A stretch of DNA of 64,000 nucleotides from a bacterium (GCA_965204535.1 CBDBEV010000001.1:1216001-1280000); one strand, 5' to 3'. Positions 28,392-39,051 are shown, numbered from the stretch's first letter. Notes: generated from the sequence alone by a model not told the origin. A program made the numbers and translations.

Positions 28392-28814
28392 TCAGTCGGT
28401 CGTTCGCGTGAGAGTATAGCGTATGGTGAGCACGAGTGTCTTATCGAGCCAGGGCAGGGGGGCCGCTTTCCGCACGGCTTCCAAGGAGGCATCGTCCAGA
28501 TGGGCGTTGCCGGACGTCTTCTTGATTCTTAAGCCTTGCAATCGCCCGTCGGGCAGAACCCGGAAGCTCACGGTGGCCGCGCCCTCCGCCCCCGACTCGC
28601 GCGCGAGCGGGGGATAATGCTGGTGGCGCCTGATGCGATTGAGAATCGCCGCAACGCGCGCGTCCGCGTCCATCCCCACCCGGCGCTTCCGGAAGGTGAA
28701 AGAGGGCGCCTCGGGCGGTTCGCTCACGGACGTCTCGATCTCCTGCGCGGAGAGAGGCTTGAGATTAGCGAGAAGGAAGAGCGCGAGCGCGGTGAGGGCA
28801 AGGGCTGTTCTCAT
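28392..28814 (-). CDS. tonB: Short TonB family energy transducer
   Basis: N-terminal TM segment; YPPLARESGAEG, VSFRVLPDG and SGNAHLDDASLEAV motifs. Confidence 0.82.
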   Translation of the reverse strand: MRTALALTALALFLLANLKPLSAQEIETSVSEPPEAPSFTFRKRRVGMDADARVAAILNRIRRHQHYPPLARESGAEGAATVSFRVLPDGRLQGLRIKKTSGNAHLDDASLEAVRKAAPLPWLDKTLVLTIRYTLTRTTD

Positions 28815-29596
28815 TCTCTCTCCTCCATCGTTCGCATGATGAAATGCCGCTCCTCCCCGCCGTTCACCGGGAGAATCTGCGCGCGCACCCCGAACGCCTG
28901 TTCGATGAATTCGGGCTTGAGGACGCTTTGCGGGTTCCCGGAGACGAGGACTTCTCCCGCATGGAGCAGGAGCAGGTGGTCGCAGTAGCGATGCGCGAGG
29001 TTCAAGTCGTGAACCGAGACGACCACGGTCCGGCCCCCGGAAGCCTGTGCGCGGAGGATGGCGAGGATGTCGAGGCAGTGCCTCACGTCCAGATTCGCAA
29101 AGGGCTCGTCGAGCAGCAGGACGGGCGTCTGCGCGGCGAGGGTTCTCGCGATGAGCACGCGCTTCATCTCCCCGCCCGAGAGTTCGTTGATCGCGCGGCT
29201 CGCCAAGTCTCCCGCGTCCACGTCTTGAAGTGCGGCGGCCACCGCCTCGCGGTCGGCATCGGTCTCGGGCGCGAGCCTGCCCTGGTGGGGGTATCGCCCC
29301 ATCATCACCGTCTCATCAGATCGGAAGGGGAACGCGGGTTCGTGCTTCTGGGCGAGATAGCCGACGCGGCGGGCGATTTCTTTCCTGTCGAAGGCGTCGA
29401 TGGGTTCGCCGTCCAGCGAGATGCGGCCGCTCTTCAAGGGCACGAGACCCGCGAGCGCGCGCAGGAGCGTCGTCTTGCCCGCCCCGTTGGGTCCGATGAC
29501 GCCCGTGAGCGCGCCGGGGCGGAAATCGGCCGACACGCCCTTGAGCACAATCCGCTCGCCGAGTTCGACGGTTGCGTTTTCGATCTTAAGCCGCAT
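28811..29596 (-). CDS. btuD: Cobalamin/iron-chelate ABC transporter ATPase
   Basis: GPNGAGKTT, LSGGE, LLLDEP and HDLNLA motifs; ATG coupled to the permease stop. Confidence 0.8.
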   Translation of the reverse strand: MRLKIENATVELGERIVLKGVSADFRPGALTGVIGPNGAGKTTLLRALAGLVPLKSGRISLDGEPIDAFDRKEIARRVGYLAQKHEPAFPFRSDETVMMGRYPHQGRLAPETDADREAVAAALQDVDAGDLASRAINELSGGEMKRVLIARTLAAQTPVLLLDEPFANLDVRHCLDILAILRAQASGGRTVVVSVHDLNLAHRYCDHLLLLHAGEVLVSGNPQSVLKPEFIEQAFGVRAQILPVNGGEERHFIMRTMEERE

Positions 29597-30630
29597 CAGA
29601 AGGTCTCCGCGCGCACGCGGTTCTTGACGATCAGATACAGGAAGAACGGCCCGCCGACCCCCGCCGAGAGGACGCCCAGGCGTATCTCGCCCCCGGGGGA
29701 GAGTGTCCGCGCGAGCAGGTCCATCCCCATCACGAAGACGGCGCCCGCGATCATGCTCAAGGGCAGAAGCCTCCTGTGGTCCGGCCCGGCCAGCATCCGC
29801 ACGATGTGGGGGACGAGCAGGCCCACGAAGCCGACCACGCCCGCCACGGCCACCGACGCCCCGGCCGCGGCGGCGGCGATGACGAGGACCCACGCCTTCG
29901 TCCGCGCCGTGTCCACGCCGAGCGCCATGGCGGATTCTTCTCCCGACATCATGAGGTTCAGCTCGCGCCCGAAGAACGCGGCGGCGACCGCGGAGGCGGC
30001 GAAAAAGGGCGCGACGAGGATCACGTGCTCCCAGGTGCGGTTCGTGAGGCTCCCCATGAGCCAGAAGAGGATCTGGCGCGCTATCTCGAAATCGCTCACG
30101 CTGTAGCTGAGCACGAGCGTCGTCAGCGCGCCCGCGACCGAGTTCACCGCCATCCCGCAGAGGATGAGCGCGCCCAGGGGGGTGTGTCCCTTATGCGATG
30201 CGACGATCGAGACGAGGAACACCGTCGCGAGCGCGCCGCCGAAGGCGCTCAGGGGAACGGCCCAGATCGAGGCGGCGCCCAGGCCCAGGGCGATGGCGCT
30301 CGTCGCGCCCAGCGCGCCGCCCGTGCTGACCCCGACGACGACGGGGCTCGCCATCGGGTTTCGGAAAAGCCCCTGGAGCATCACGCCCGAGAGCGCTAAC
30401 GAGGCGCCGACGAACGCGCCCGTCAATGTCCGCGGGAGGCGGATGTGCCAGACGATGGCGCGCTCATGCACGGAGACGCCCGCCCCCTCGGTTGAGATGA
30501 GCCCCAGTTCGCTCAGGATGATTTTCACGATTTTATCGGCGCCGATATCCGCCACGCCCAGGCGGACGCTGAGCGCGGTGAGGAGCAGGGCGAGGGCTAT
30601 GAGCACGGCCGCCAGGGCGTATTTCCTCAT
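29596..30630 (-). CDS. btuC: Cobalamin/iron-chelate ABC transporter permease (FecCD/BtuC)
   Basis: IRLPR, QGLFRNPMA, FWLMGSL, GFVGLLVPH and GGPFFLYL motifs. Confidence 0.85.
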   Translation of the reverse strand: MRKYALAAVLIALALLLTALSVRLGVADIGADKIVKIILSELGLISTEGAGVSVHERAIVWHIRLPRTLTGAFVGASLALSGVMLQGLFRNPMASPVVVGVSTGGALGATSAIALGLGAASIWAVPLSAFGGALATVFLVSIVASHKGHTPLGALILCGMAVNSVAGALTTLVLSYSVSDFEIARQILFWLMGSLTNRTWEHVILVAPFFAASAVAAAFFGRELNLMMSGEESAMALGVDTARTKAWVLVIAAAAAGASVAVAGVVGFVGLLVPHIVRMLAGPDHRRLLPLSMIAGAVFVMGMDLLARTLSPGGEIRLGVLSAGVGGPFFLYLIVKNRVRAETF

Positions 30631-31493
30631 GGATAAAGCCCTCTCACCAGGTCGTCCAGTGCGCCTGCGATGTATTGCGATACGCTCGAGAAGCGCGGGT
30701 AGGGGATCTCGACGATCTTCTTGGCCCGCAGGGGGGCGTAGACCCCGTTCGCGCGGATGACGTCCTTCATGCCCGCGCCCGATTCGGGGTTCGCCCCCAC
30801 CATGATGACGTCCGGGTTCCAGGCGATGATCCGTTCCGCCGACACCCTGCGCGCTCCCCGCACCCCGCGTTCGGCGGCGGCGTTCACGCCGCCCGCGAGG
30901 CGGATGAGCGCGTCGTGCGAGGTGCCTTCGCCCGTCACCCAGCCGCCCCGCACGAGGGTCAAGATGCGCGGGGGCTTCGCATCGGGTGGAATGCGCGCGC
31001 GGATGGCGCGGATTCTTTCTCGGGCATCTTTAATGAGTTTTTGCGCTTTCGCCTCTTCACCGATCAGGCGGCCCATCTTCTCGATGCTCGCGAAAACGTC
31101 CGCAACGCCGCTGAAAGAGGAGAATTTGGACACCGGTACTCCGGCGGCCCGCAGGTGGTTCAGGAACGCGGCGCTCGAATACGAGGCGACGAACACCATG
31201 TCCGGCCTTAATGCGATGATGCGCTCGGGCGCGCTGTCGATGAGGGGGATGCCCCGGACCTTATCTGCGACGTTGGAATAGCCCGGGTGGCCGGCCAGCT
31301 TGTGGAGGCCGACGATTCTTTCCCTGGGCGCGAGCGCGAGGAGCATCTCGGCGGTGGCGAGCGTCATGGCGATCAGCCGTTCGGGCTTCCTGGCGGCGCG
31401 GGCGGGTGCGGCCCCCTCCGGCATCGGCGAGAGCGCAGCCCATAGAAGAGCCGCCGCCAGGAAGCGAATTTTGAGATTATTCCATAATCGCAT
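30627..31493 (-). CDS. btuF: Cobalamin/iron-chelate periplasmic binding protein
   Basis: Signal peptide; ERIIALRPD, LAGGVN and ERIIAWNPDVI motifs. Confidence 0.8.
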   Translation of the reverse strand: MRLWNNLKIRFLAAALLWAALSPMPEGAAPARAARKPERLIAMTLATAEMLLALAPRERIVGLHKLAGHPGYSNVADKVRGIPLIDSAPERIIALRPDMVFVASYSSAAFLNHLRAAGVPVSKFSSFSGVADVFASIEKMGRLIGEEAKAQKLIKDARERIRAIRARIPPDAKPPRILTLVRGGWVTGEGTSHDALIRLAGGVNAAAERGVRGARRVSAERIIAWNPDVIMVGANPESGAGMKDVIRANGVYAPLRAKKIVEIPYPRFSSVSQYIAGALDDLVRGLYP

Positions 31494-31944
31494 CTACCGT
31501 CCTTCGCGCAAAGCCCCGCTTCAGGGGGTTGTTGAATAATCCTCGTCAGGGGCATCGCTTCTACCCCCCTTGTCAAGGGTTTGTTGAAAAACCCTGCACA
31601 CGATCCCTACGAAGTCGCTTTACACAGATGAGAACACCAAAATCACTCCCCCCTTGAGGGGGAGTCGCAGAAGCCGAGCGTTTTTTGCGAAGGCTGATGC
31701 GGTGGGGGGTAAAATGCATTTTATCGCCATTTCGGATTATACCCCCCACCGAATCGCTTGCGGGCTTACGCCCTTAGCTCTTCGACTCCCCCTCAAGGGG
31801 GGAGTGATTTTTCTCTCTCGTCGGTCGGTTACATACGACAAATCCAGTGTTCCAGATTTTTCAACAACCCCCTCAAGGGGGGAGTCAACTTCAAAAACGT
31901 GCGCTCAACCAAAATCGCTCCACAAGGGCCTTTTCCAACATCCC

Positions 31945-33984
31945 CTAGAAAACCGCCCTCACGCCCGCGAACCACTGTACTCCGGGCGCGCCGTAGCCGT
32001 AGACGGCCTCGTATTCCTCATCCAGCGCGTTGTTCACCTTGAGCTCGACCGTCAAGTCTTTCACCTTCGATTTTCTCGTCCTGTCGAACATCGAGATACG
32101 GTCCTTCACGACGGCCAAAGAGAGCGCCAGGTCCACCCGCGTGAAGCCGGGGTTCACCACCCTCGGGTAGGGCCAGGGTGCGGAGTCGTCGATGTCCCAC
32201 CTGTCGCTCACCGTGTTGACGCGCAGGGTCGCTTTCAGCCGCTCGGGGTGGTAGCTGACCGAAGCGCTCCACCACCAGTCCGGGCGTCTTAAGAGTTCTT
32301 CTCCCTCCACGTAGCTCGGCGCGCCGAGGCCTCCGGTTTCGAGCGTCTCCGTGTCCATGAGGTTGTAGCTCGCGTGGGCCGAGAAGTCGTGGAAATCGAG
32401 TAGCGAGAAGGAGAGTTCCGCGCCCTTGACGCGCGCCTTCTGGATGTTCTCGTAGTTCGTGCCGTTCTCGAAAGGCGTGAACGAATAGGCGATCAGGTCG
32501 TCGATATCGTTCACGTAATACGTGGCGCTGAACCTTATCTTGTTACCCGCCAGGAACTGATCGAAACCCGCCTCCCAGCTTTTTTGCCGCTCGCTCTTGA
32601 GATTCGGGTTGCCGGGGCCATAGACGTCAAGCAGTTCGGCGAAGGAGGGCCGCTTGACGCCCTCACCCACCGCGCCGCGAATCCGCGCGCCGGTTCCGGG
32701 GATTTTATAGGAGGCGGAGAGTTTTCCGGTCGTCTCGTCTTCGCCGACGTCGAAGGTGTCCACCCGCGCTCCGCCCGCGAGGGTGAAGCCGTTTTGGAAC
32801 TGAAACTGCTGTTGCGCATAGAAGGAGGTGGCCCGCCTGTCACTGTCGTATTCGCTGTCCCCGAAAGCGGACGCGCTCTTGATGGAGATGTCCTCCGTCT
32901 CCCACTCGACGCCGAGCGTGGACACCGACCGGCGAAGCGCGCGGAAGCCCAGTTGCTCCCCCGTGAGCCTCACGTTCACCTGGTTATCGAAGTGAAGCCG
33001 GGTGCCGTCCGTCTCCGTTTTGCTCGCGCTCGGGTCCAGCTCGTCGGGCTTGTTCTCATCGAGCGTGTCTCTCAAATAAACGGAGACGCGCGGGACAAAT
33101 TCGAGCCACGGGGAAAGCTTCAGGTGCGCGCGCGCGCCGATGAGTTGTTCGGTGAGGTCCCTGTATTTGTTGGGTTCGGTGTAGCCCTGGTGAGCGGGAC
33201 CCGGAAGGTCGTAGCGGTTCCGGTTGGCGTGATAGAGAAAACGCACCCGGGCGTTTTCAGACAGGAAATGATCCAGCCCCACCGTCCCCACGGTGCGGTA
33301 GTAGCCGTCGTTGGGAAGATGACCCTCCGTGTCGAGGCGGCTCAGGCTTGCGGCGTATCCGCTCTTCGCCGTTCCGCCCTTCAGCTTGAATGTCTCCTCG
33401 AACGTCTCGAAGCTGCCGCCCCTCGCGCGGACCGTGAAAGAAGGCGCTTCTCCGGGTTTGCCGATGTCCGGAATGAAATTCATGACGCCCGAAGCCGCGT
33501 CCGAACCGTACAGCGGGCTTTGGGGGCCTTTCAGGATTTCGGCTGTGCCCACCCACTCGGGTGACAAGTGCCCGAAGTCGTACGCGCTCCCGTCCGGGAA
33601 GGTGAGCTTGAAGCCGTCGATCATCACGCTGGTGAAGTTGCTCTCGCTCCCTCTCAGGAACAGGCTCGACTGGCCGCCCCGTCCGCTCGTCTGCGGGAGG
33701 ATGACGCCCGCCCCCTCGGTGAGGAAGTCGATCATGTCGCCGGGCTGGAGGCTCTCGATTCTCTCGAGGTCGAACACCTCCACCGAATCGGCCACGTCGC
33801 TCAGCCGCTCGGGCGTGCGCGTCGCCGTGACGGTGATGGGGTCGAGGTAGAGTTCTTCTTCGGCGCTTTGCGCGCCGGCCCGGTCCATTGCGGAGCATAA
33901 GATGAAGGCTGCGGTCAGCAGAATAAGCAGGTTCTGTCTGAGGCGGATGGATGATCGGGTGGGTTTTCCTGCGATGCCTTGCAT
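31945..33984 (-). CDS. btuB: TonB-dependent receptor, BtuB-like
   Basis: TonB box ITVTATR; plug motifs LRG...IDG and KGPQSPLYGSDA; C-terminal Phe; AAGGAGG RBS; directly downstream of cobalamin riboswitches. Confidence 0.85.
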   Translation of the reverse strand: MQGIAGKPTRSSIRLRQNLLILLTAAFILCSAMDRAGAQSAEEELYLDPITVTATRTPERLSDVADSVEVFDLERIESLQPGDMIDFLTEGAGVILPQTSGRGGQSSLFLRGSESNFTSVMIDGFKLTFPDGSAYDFGHLSPEWVGTAEILKGPQSPLYGSDAASGVMNFIPDIGKPGEAPSFTVRARGGSFETFEETFKLKGGTAKSGYAASLSRLDTEGHLPNDGYYRTVGTVGLDHFLSENARVRFLYHANRNRYDLPGPAHQGYTEPNKYRDLTEQLIGARAHLKLSPWLEFVPRVSVYLRDTLDENKPDELDPSASKTETDGTRLHFDNQVNVRLTGEQLGFRALRRSVSTLGVEWETEDISIKSASAFGDSEYDSDRRATSFYAQQQFQFQNGFTLAGGARVDTFDVGEDETTGKLSASYKIPGTGARIRGAVGEGVKRPSFAELLDVYGPGNPNLKSERQKSWEAGFDQFLAGNKIRFSATYYVNDIDDLIAYSFTPFENGTNYENIQKARVKGAELSFSLLDFHDFSAHASYNLMDTETLETGGLGAPSYVEGEELLRRPDWWWSASVSYHPERLKATLRVNTVSDRWDIDDSAPWPYPRVVNPGFTRVDLALSLAVVKDRISMFDRTRKSKVKDLTVELKVNNALDEEYEAVYGYGAPGVQWFAGVRAVF

Positions 33985-34053
33985 GGTGCGATGCCTCCTT
34001 GAGCGGCCCAAGCGCTCGAAACGGACCCCTTTGCGGGGTCGTGTGGAGATGAT

Positions 34054-34197
34054 GCCGACAGGCCGGTCTTCTGGCTCGCGCCGATGGCCGCCTCCCATTC
34101 CTTCCCGGGTGTATCCCGGTGGACTGCATGAAAGGCGCGTCGCTTACAGCTGCCGGGCAGCTCCGGTTTCGCACCGGATTCCCGTACACCTGCCGGC
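34054..34197 (-). ncRNA. Cobalamin riboswitch 1 (proximal to btuB; P2 appears absent)
   Basis: GGGAATCCGGTGCGAAACCGGA, CTGT, CCAC...GGGAAGG and B12-box GAGCCAGAAGACCGGCCT. Confidence 0.85.
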
Positions 34198-34786
34198 TGT
34201 TTCAGCGGCGGATGCTCCGCCGTGCTTATGGCTGTTGAAAAAAACCTTCTCTCTCGGAATTCACCCCCCACTGACGCGGCTGCAGACTTCGCCCTTGAAC
34301 ACATTGTCAACCGACTAGAGAGAAGAGAATCACTCCCCCCTTGAGGGTCTGGCTTCCCGAGGGGAAAGCCAGACGAAGAGCTGAGGGCGTAAGCCCGAAA
34401 GCGATTCGGTGGGGGGTATAATTCGGACTGGCGATAAAACGCATTTTACCCCCCACCGATTCAGCCTTCGCACAAACCGCTCGGCTTCATCGACTCCCCC
34501 TCAAGGGGGGAGTGAACTTCAAAAACGTGCGCTCAACCAAAATCACTCCACGGGTCTTTTTCAACACACCCCTCAAGGGGGGAATAAATTCTCCTCCCTC
34601 CCCGGTCGGCTGTATACGCCGAATCACGAAAGAAAGCCTTTCTCAACAACTCCCGCTTATGACGAAAGAACAGGCGCGCGCCCGCGTGGGGCACGCGCTC
34701 CGGATGTTGCTCTCGACTTGGTGTGTGAAGATGCGCAAGATACCACCCACCTCCCGTTCCGCGAGGACGTGACGGGTCAAAAGGTT

Positions 34787-34948
34787 GCCGCAGGTCGGTC
34801 TCCTGGCTTCCGGATCAGCCTACTCACGGCCCCTTCCCGGCGTGGTGCGCCAGTGGTTTCGGCCGCTTTCGTCCCCGGTCACAGTGGCGGGTCCGCGCCG
34901 GATTCTCACCGGCTTCCCGGGCTTTCACCGAGAAAGCCCACCTGCGAC
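34787..34948 (-). ncRNA. Cobalamin riboswitch 2 (distal)
   Basis: GGGAAGCCGGTGAGAATCCGGCGCGGACCCGCCACTGT, CCACTGG...GGGAAGG and AAGCCAGGAGACCGACCT. Confidence 0.92.
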
Positions 34949-35009
34949 AGGTCGGAACAAATGCTTTCCAGCTACAAAATCAGCGCGCTGCGATGGCCGG
35001 TATCAGATA

Positions 35010-35513
35010 TCAGACCGCCTCGTACTTGTCGCGCGTGATGGTGTCGAGATCGATGCCTTCGATGCGGACGAGGCGCGTCTCCCCCTCGCGCTTGGGCGAG
35101 TGGAATTCGCCCACGTCGTAGGCCTTCGAGAGGCCCGGCGTGAGGTCGTAGCTCCGCACGGCGCGCACCTTGCCCGGTGCTGCGCCGTTGGGCCGCTCGA
35201 CGAGCTCGTAGTCCGTCATCGTGGTGGTGCCCACCGCCTGTCCGTAGATGGCCCAGGATTCGCCGTGGTCGTGCGGGGAACTTCCGGTCACGCCCTTGTG
35301 AACGTGGGCGAAGATGCAAAAGCCGAGCTCGGGGTCCTTGTAGAGGATCTGGCGGGGGGAGTCGTTGTCCGGCCCGAGGTGCTCCTGCACGAACTCCTCT
35401 TGCACCAGGACTTTCTCGAGTGCGTCGCTCACCTTCTGGAGACCCGCCTTGCTGGAATCGGCTTTCAGAATGTCGTGGCATTCGGCTGCGAATTTATCGA
35501 GGATTTCACCCAT
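35010..35513 (-). CDS. Cupin-like hypothetical protein (cysteine dioxygenase-like)
   Basis: PHDHGESWAIYG motif and later FHSP. Confidence 0.7.
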   Translation of the reverse strand: MGEILDKFAAECHDILKADSSKAGLQKVSDALEKVLVQEEFVQEHLGPDNDSPRQILYKDPELGFCIFAHVHKGVTGSSPHDHGESWAIYGQAVGTTTMTDYELVERPNGAAPGKVRAVRSYDLTPGLSKAYDVGEFHSPKREGETRLVRIEGIDLDTITRDKYEAV

Positions 35514-35678
35514 CGTTCGCTCTCCTTGTGTTTGAGAGGTTGATTTTCCATTCATTCTAACGGCAGCCCGCGTCTTTTGCAAAACGATTGAGAGGGGAGC
35601 GTGCTTTTCGCGTATTCGGTGTATGATGCGGGAATATCCCGAAGCAGCATCAGGCGAACTCCCACAAGGGGCTTTTGG

Positions 35679-36455
35679 GTGGATACGTCGAAGCAGCGAA
35701 ACATCGAGACCTTCACGCGGATGGCGGAGACCTACGGCGGCTATTACAGCGACGCGGAGCAGGCGCGCCTGGGTGCGATGGCCGAGCGGGTCGGCTTCGG
35801 CGAAGGTTCCTGGCTGGTCGATTTCGGGATGGGCACGGGCACTTCCGCGCGGCCTTTTCTGGCGGCCGGCGGGAACGTCGTGGGGCTGGACCTCACGCCC
35901 GCGATGGCCAAGAGAGGGCGCGAACGCCTGCGCGAGTGGGGTCTGGAAGCGAACGCCCGCTACGTCATGGCGAACGCGCACGACGCGCCCCTCGCGGCGG
36001 GGAAGGCCGACGCCGCCATCTGCCGCCACACGTTTCATCATCTCGAAGACCCCCAAAAAGTTTTCAGTGAGATGGCCCGCGCCGTCCGTCCCGGCGGCCA
36101 CGTCTTCCTGATCGACTACCACTATCCCGATGAGGAAGAAGAGCGCGAGAAGATAGAAGAACTCGACCGGGTGCGGGAGCCGACCATCACGCGGCATCTG
36201 TCCGGAAAGGAGATGGAAGGTTTATTTATCGAGGAAGGAATCCGGGTCGAGGAGAAAGTGGTCGACAGGACGGACACGCCGTTCGACGAGTGGATGGACC
36301 TCGCCAAGACCTCGCCCGATGTGTTCCCGAAACTGAGAGCCGCCTTCGAGCGCCTGCGCGATCAGGGCGGAAGCTGGTATGAGGAAAGCGGCGCGGGGGC
36401 GGAATTCTCCGTCATCAGGAAACGCCTGACCATCCTGGGCCAAAAACCGGGTTGA
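35679..36455 (+). CDS. Class I SAM-dependent methyltransferase
   Basis: VDFGMGTG, GLDLTPAM, FHHL and RAVRPGG motifs; start codon uncertain. Confidence 0.85.
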   Translation: MDTSKQRNIETFTRMAETYGGYYSDAEQARLGAMAERVGFGEGSWLVDFGMGTGTSARPFLAAGGNVVGLDLTPAMAKRGRERLREWGLEANARYVMANAHDAPLAAGKADAAICRHTFHHLEDPQKVFSEMARAVRPGGHVFLIDYHYPDEEEEREKIEELDRVREPTITRHLSGKEMEGLFIEEGIRVEEKVVDRTDTPFDEWMDLAKTSPDVFPKLRAAFERLRDQGGSWYEESGAGAEFSVIRKRLTILGQKPG

Positions 36456-37356
36456 GTTTCACTTCACTAAATCTCCTGCCGCGGGCCTGATGCCTCCTGT
36501 GTAACCCGCCTCATTCTACGAACCCTGAGTAGCCCTCCTCATCCCCCTCACCCTGAGTAGCTGCGAAGCAGCGTATCGAAGAGCAAACGCGATTGATGAA
36601 TGAGTGTTTGAAGCGATTGATGAGGGTTGTTGAAAAAGCCCCCCTCCTCAAGGGACAAAGGCACCCCCCTACCCCCCCTTGTCAGGGGGGTAAAAAAACC
36701 CGATGAGCGAGCAAGATACACTCCCACCTTGAGGAAAGTTGGCGACGGGGTAGAGAAGAGATTCACTCCCCTTGAGGGTCGGGCTTCCCGAGTGGAAAGC
36801 CCGACGAAGAGGCCGAGCGGTTTATGCGAAGGCCGATTCGGTGGGGGGAGCTGCCACAGAAAAACTCCCCCCACCGGTTCGGTTTCGGGCAAAATCCCCC
36901 TCACCTCACCGACTCCCCCTCAAGGGGGGAGTTGATTGTATATCCCGCGCATGAAGGGATGACCCTCAAGGGGGGAGTTGATTCTTTTTTGCGGGGGTTG
37001 CTTTTTTATACCCCCCTGACAAGGGGGGGGTAGGGGGGGGTGGTTTTCAAGGCGAGAGCTTGCGCCGCCGCCCGGTTTCGAGTTTTGGCCGTCATTCCGG
37101 CCTTCGCCGGAATGACGAACAAAATCGCAAGAGCTGCAGGGACAGGCCCCCGTGCCTGTCCGATGCCCTGTTCTACAAGGGACAACCACAGGGGGCAGGA
37201 CAACCCCTTTAGGTTGTCCTGCTACAAATGACCAGCTCCATACGCCGAATCGCGAAAACGAGACTTTTTCAACAACCCCTTATCGTTCGGGTTCGTGCCC
37301 TCGATACGGCGCACAAGCGCGCCTACTCGGGATGAAGGGGGTGTTTGTCGTCCTCC

Positions 37357-39051
37357 TCAAAGCTCCTGTGGCGGCGGGCTGCCCAGTGGAGCGGGTTTTA
37401 CGATAGCGTCAATGAGGCAGGGTTTGTCGCTTCGGGCGGCTTCTGCGAGGCGCGCCTCCAGCTCATCCGGCGAATGGACGCGCGCGGCCTCCACGCCCAT
37501 CGATTCGGCCAGCTTGATGAAGTCGAGGCTCGGTTCCGTCAGGTCCATGCCGACGAAGCGGTGAAACTCTTTCGCCTTGCCGTCGAGCGCCAGCACGCGC
37601 CCTTTCAGGATGTGGTAGGCCCCGTTGTTCGCGATGACGAATATCGCGCCGATACCGTATTTCGCCGCCGTCCAGAGGGTCTGGTTGGAGTACATGGCCG
37701 AGCCGTCGCCCGAGAGGCAGATGACGGGGCGGTCCGGCGTCGCTATCTTGGCGCCCAGCGCCATGGGCAGGCCGTTCCCGATGCCGCCGCCTTTCCTGCC
37801 GAAAATCTGGGAGGCCGTGCGCCCCACCGCGCGCCGGAAGCCGGGCCCGGCGGAGGTGAGCGCCTCGTCCACCCAGACGGCGCCCTCGGGCGCGCCCGCG
37901 CCGAGAGCGCGGTGAAAGGCGGGAAGGGACATGCCTTCGGTATAATCGCTTTGCTCTGCCGGGGGCGGGGCGGCCTCGCGCGCGCTCTGGTTTTCCGCCG
38001 CGATTTGCTCCGCGCGCGCTTTCGCCCCCGCGGCTTCATCCGCCGTCTGCGCGCTCGCCACGGCTCCCGTCAAAACGGGAAGGGTGGTTTTCGGGTCTCC
38101 GTAGAGTGCGGCGTCCAGGCCGAAGTTCTTGCCCATCTCCCATGCGTTGAGATCCAGATGAACGACCCGGCAGCTTTCGGGCAGCGGGCGCACGTCGGCG
38201 GGATATGAGAACAGGAATACCTCCGTGCCTGCCATGAACACCAGATCGTGCTCCGCGAGGCGCTCCCGCAAGGGTCTGGCGAGGATGGGCAGTTTTCCCG
38301 CGTAGAGCGGGTGCGCCATGGGATACGTGATCAGGTTGGCGAAGTTCTCCTCGAACGCCTTGGCGCCGATTTGCTCGGCGAATGCCGCCAGCTCGTCCAG
38401 CGCGCCCGAGTGCGCGACGCCCGCGCCCGAGACGATACAGGGCCGCTCGGCTTTCGCGATGAGCGCGGCCGCCGCCTCGACCGATTCCGCCGATGCGGCG
38501 AAGCGCGTATGGATGCGCGTGGGTTTCTCCTGGAGGCCGGAGGCGGGGCTGAGCATGACGTCGCCGGGCAGGGAGAGGAACACGGGCCCCGTCGGCGGCG
38601 TCATGGACACCTTGACGGCGCGGCGCACGGCCTGCTCCAGATCCTCGACGCGGCGCACCTCATACGACCACTTGACGAGCGGCTCCGCCATGCGCGCGAG
38701 ATCGTCATGGAGGATGATTTCCTGAAAATGTCCGCTCTGGGGCTGGTTCCCGGCGGTGACGAGCATGGGCGCGCCCGAGCGCTTGGCGTTGTAGAGAAGC
38801 CCCATCGCGTTGCCGAGGCCGGGGGCGACGTGGAGGTTGATGGCGGCGGGCCTACCGGTGCTGAGGCCGTATCCCTCCGCCGCCGAGATCGCCACGCCCT
38901 CGTGCAGCGTGAGGATGAACTCGAGCCTCTCCTCGTTCACGAGCGCGTCCATGAGGGGAAGTTCCGTCGTGCCCGGGTTTCCGAACAGGTGCGTCACGCC
39001 CTCATCGAGCAGGGTTTCGAGCAGCAAGGATGCGCCGTTTGCGTTTCTCAT
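37357..39051 (-). CDS. Thiamine pyrophosphate-dependent enzyme, benzoylformate decarboxylase-like
   Basis: FGNPGTTELP, LHVAPGLGN and the ThDP motif GDGSAMY...NN. Confidence 0.88.
   Translation of the reverse strand: MRNANGASLLLETLLDEGVTHLFGNPGTTELPLMDALVNEERLEFILTLHEGVAISAAEGYGLSTGRPAAINLHVAPGLGNAMGLLYNAKRSGAPMLVTAGNQPQSGHFQEIILHDDLARMAEPLVKWSYEVRRVEDLEQAVRRAVKVSMTPPTGPVFLSLPGDVMLSPASGLQEKPTRIHTRFAASAESVEAAAALIAKAERPCIVSGAGVAHSGALDELAAFAEQIGAKAFEENFANLITYPMAHPLYAGKLPILARPLRERLAEHDLVFMAGTEVFLFSYPADVRPLPESCRVVHLDLNAWEMGKNFGLDAALYGDPKTTLPVLTGAVASAQTADEAAGAKARAEQIAAENQSAREAAPPPAEQSDYTEGMSLPAFHRALGAGAPEGAVWVDEALTSAGPGFRRAVGRTASQIFGRKGGGIGNGLPMALGAKIATPDRPVICLSGDGSAMYSNQTLWTAAKYGIGAIFVIANNGAYHILKGRVLALDGKAKEFHRFVGMDLTEPSLDFIKLAESMGVEAARVHSPDELEARLAEAARSDKPCLIDAIVKPAPLGSPPPQEL

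Noticed and set aside
33985-34098. N-terminal extensions in the ORF track (btuB to 34098, btuD to 29893, cupin to 36197, CocE to 45200)
   Set aside because: They overlap a riboswitch or neighbouring genes; downstream starts with an RBS or translational coupling fit better
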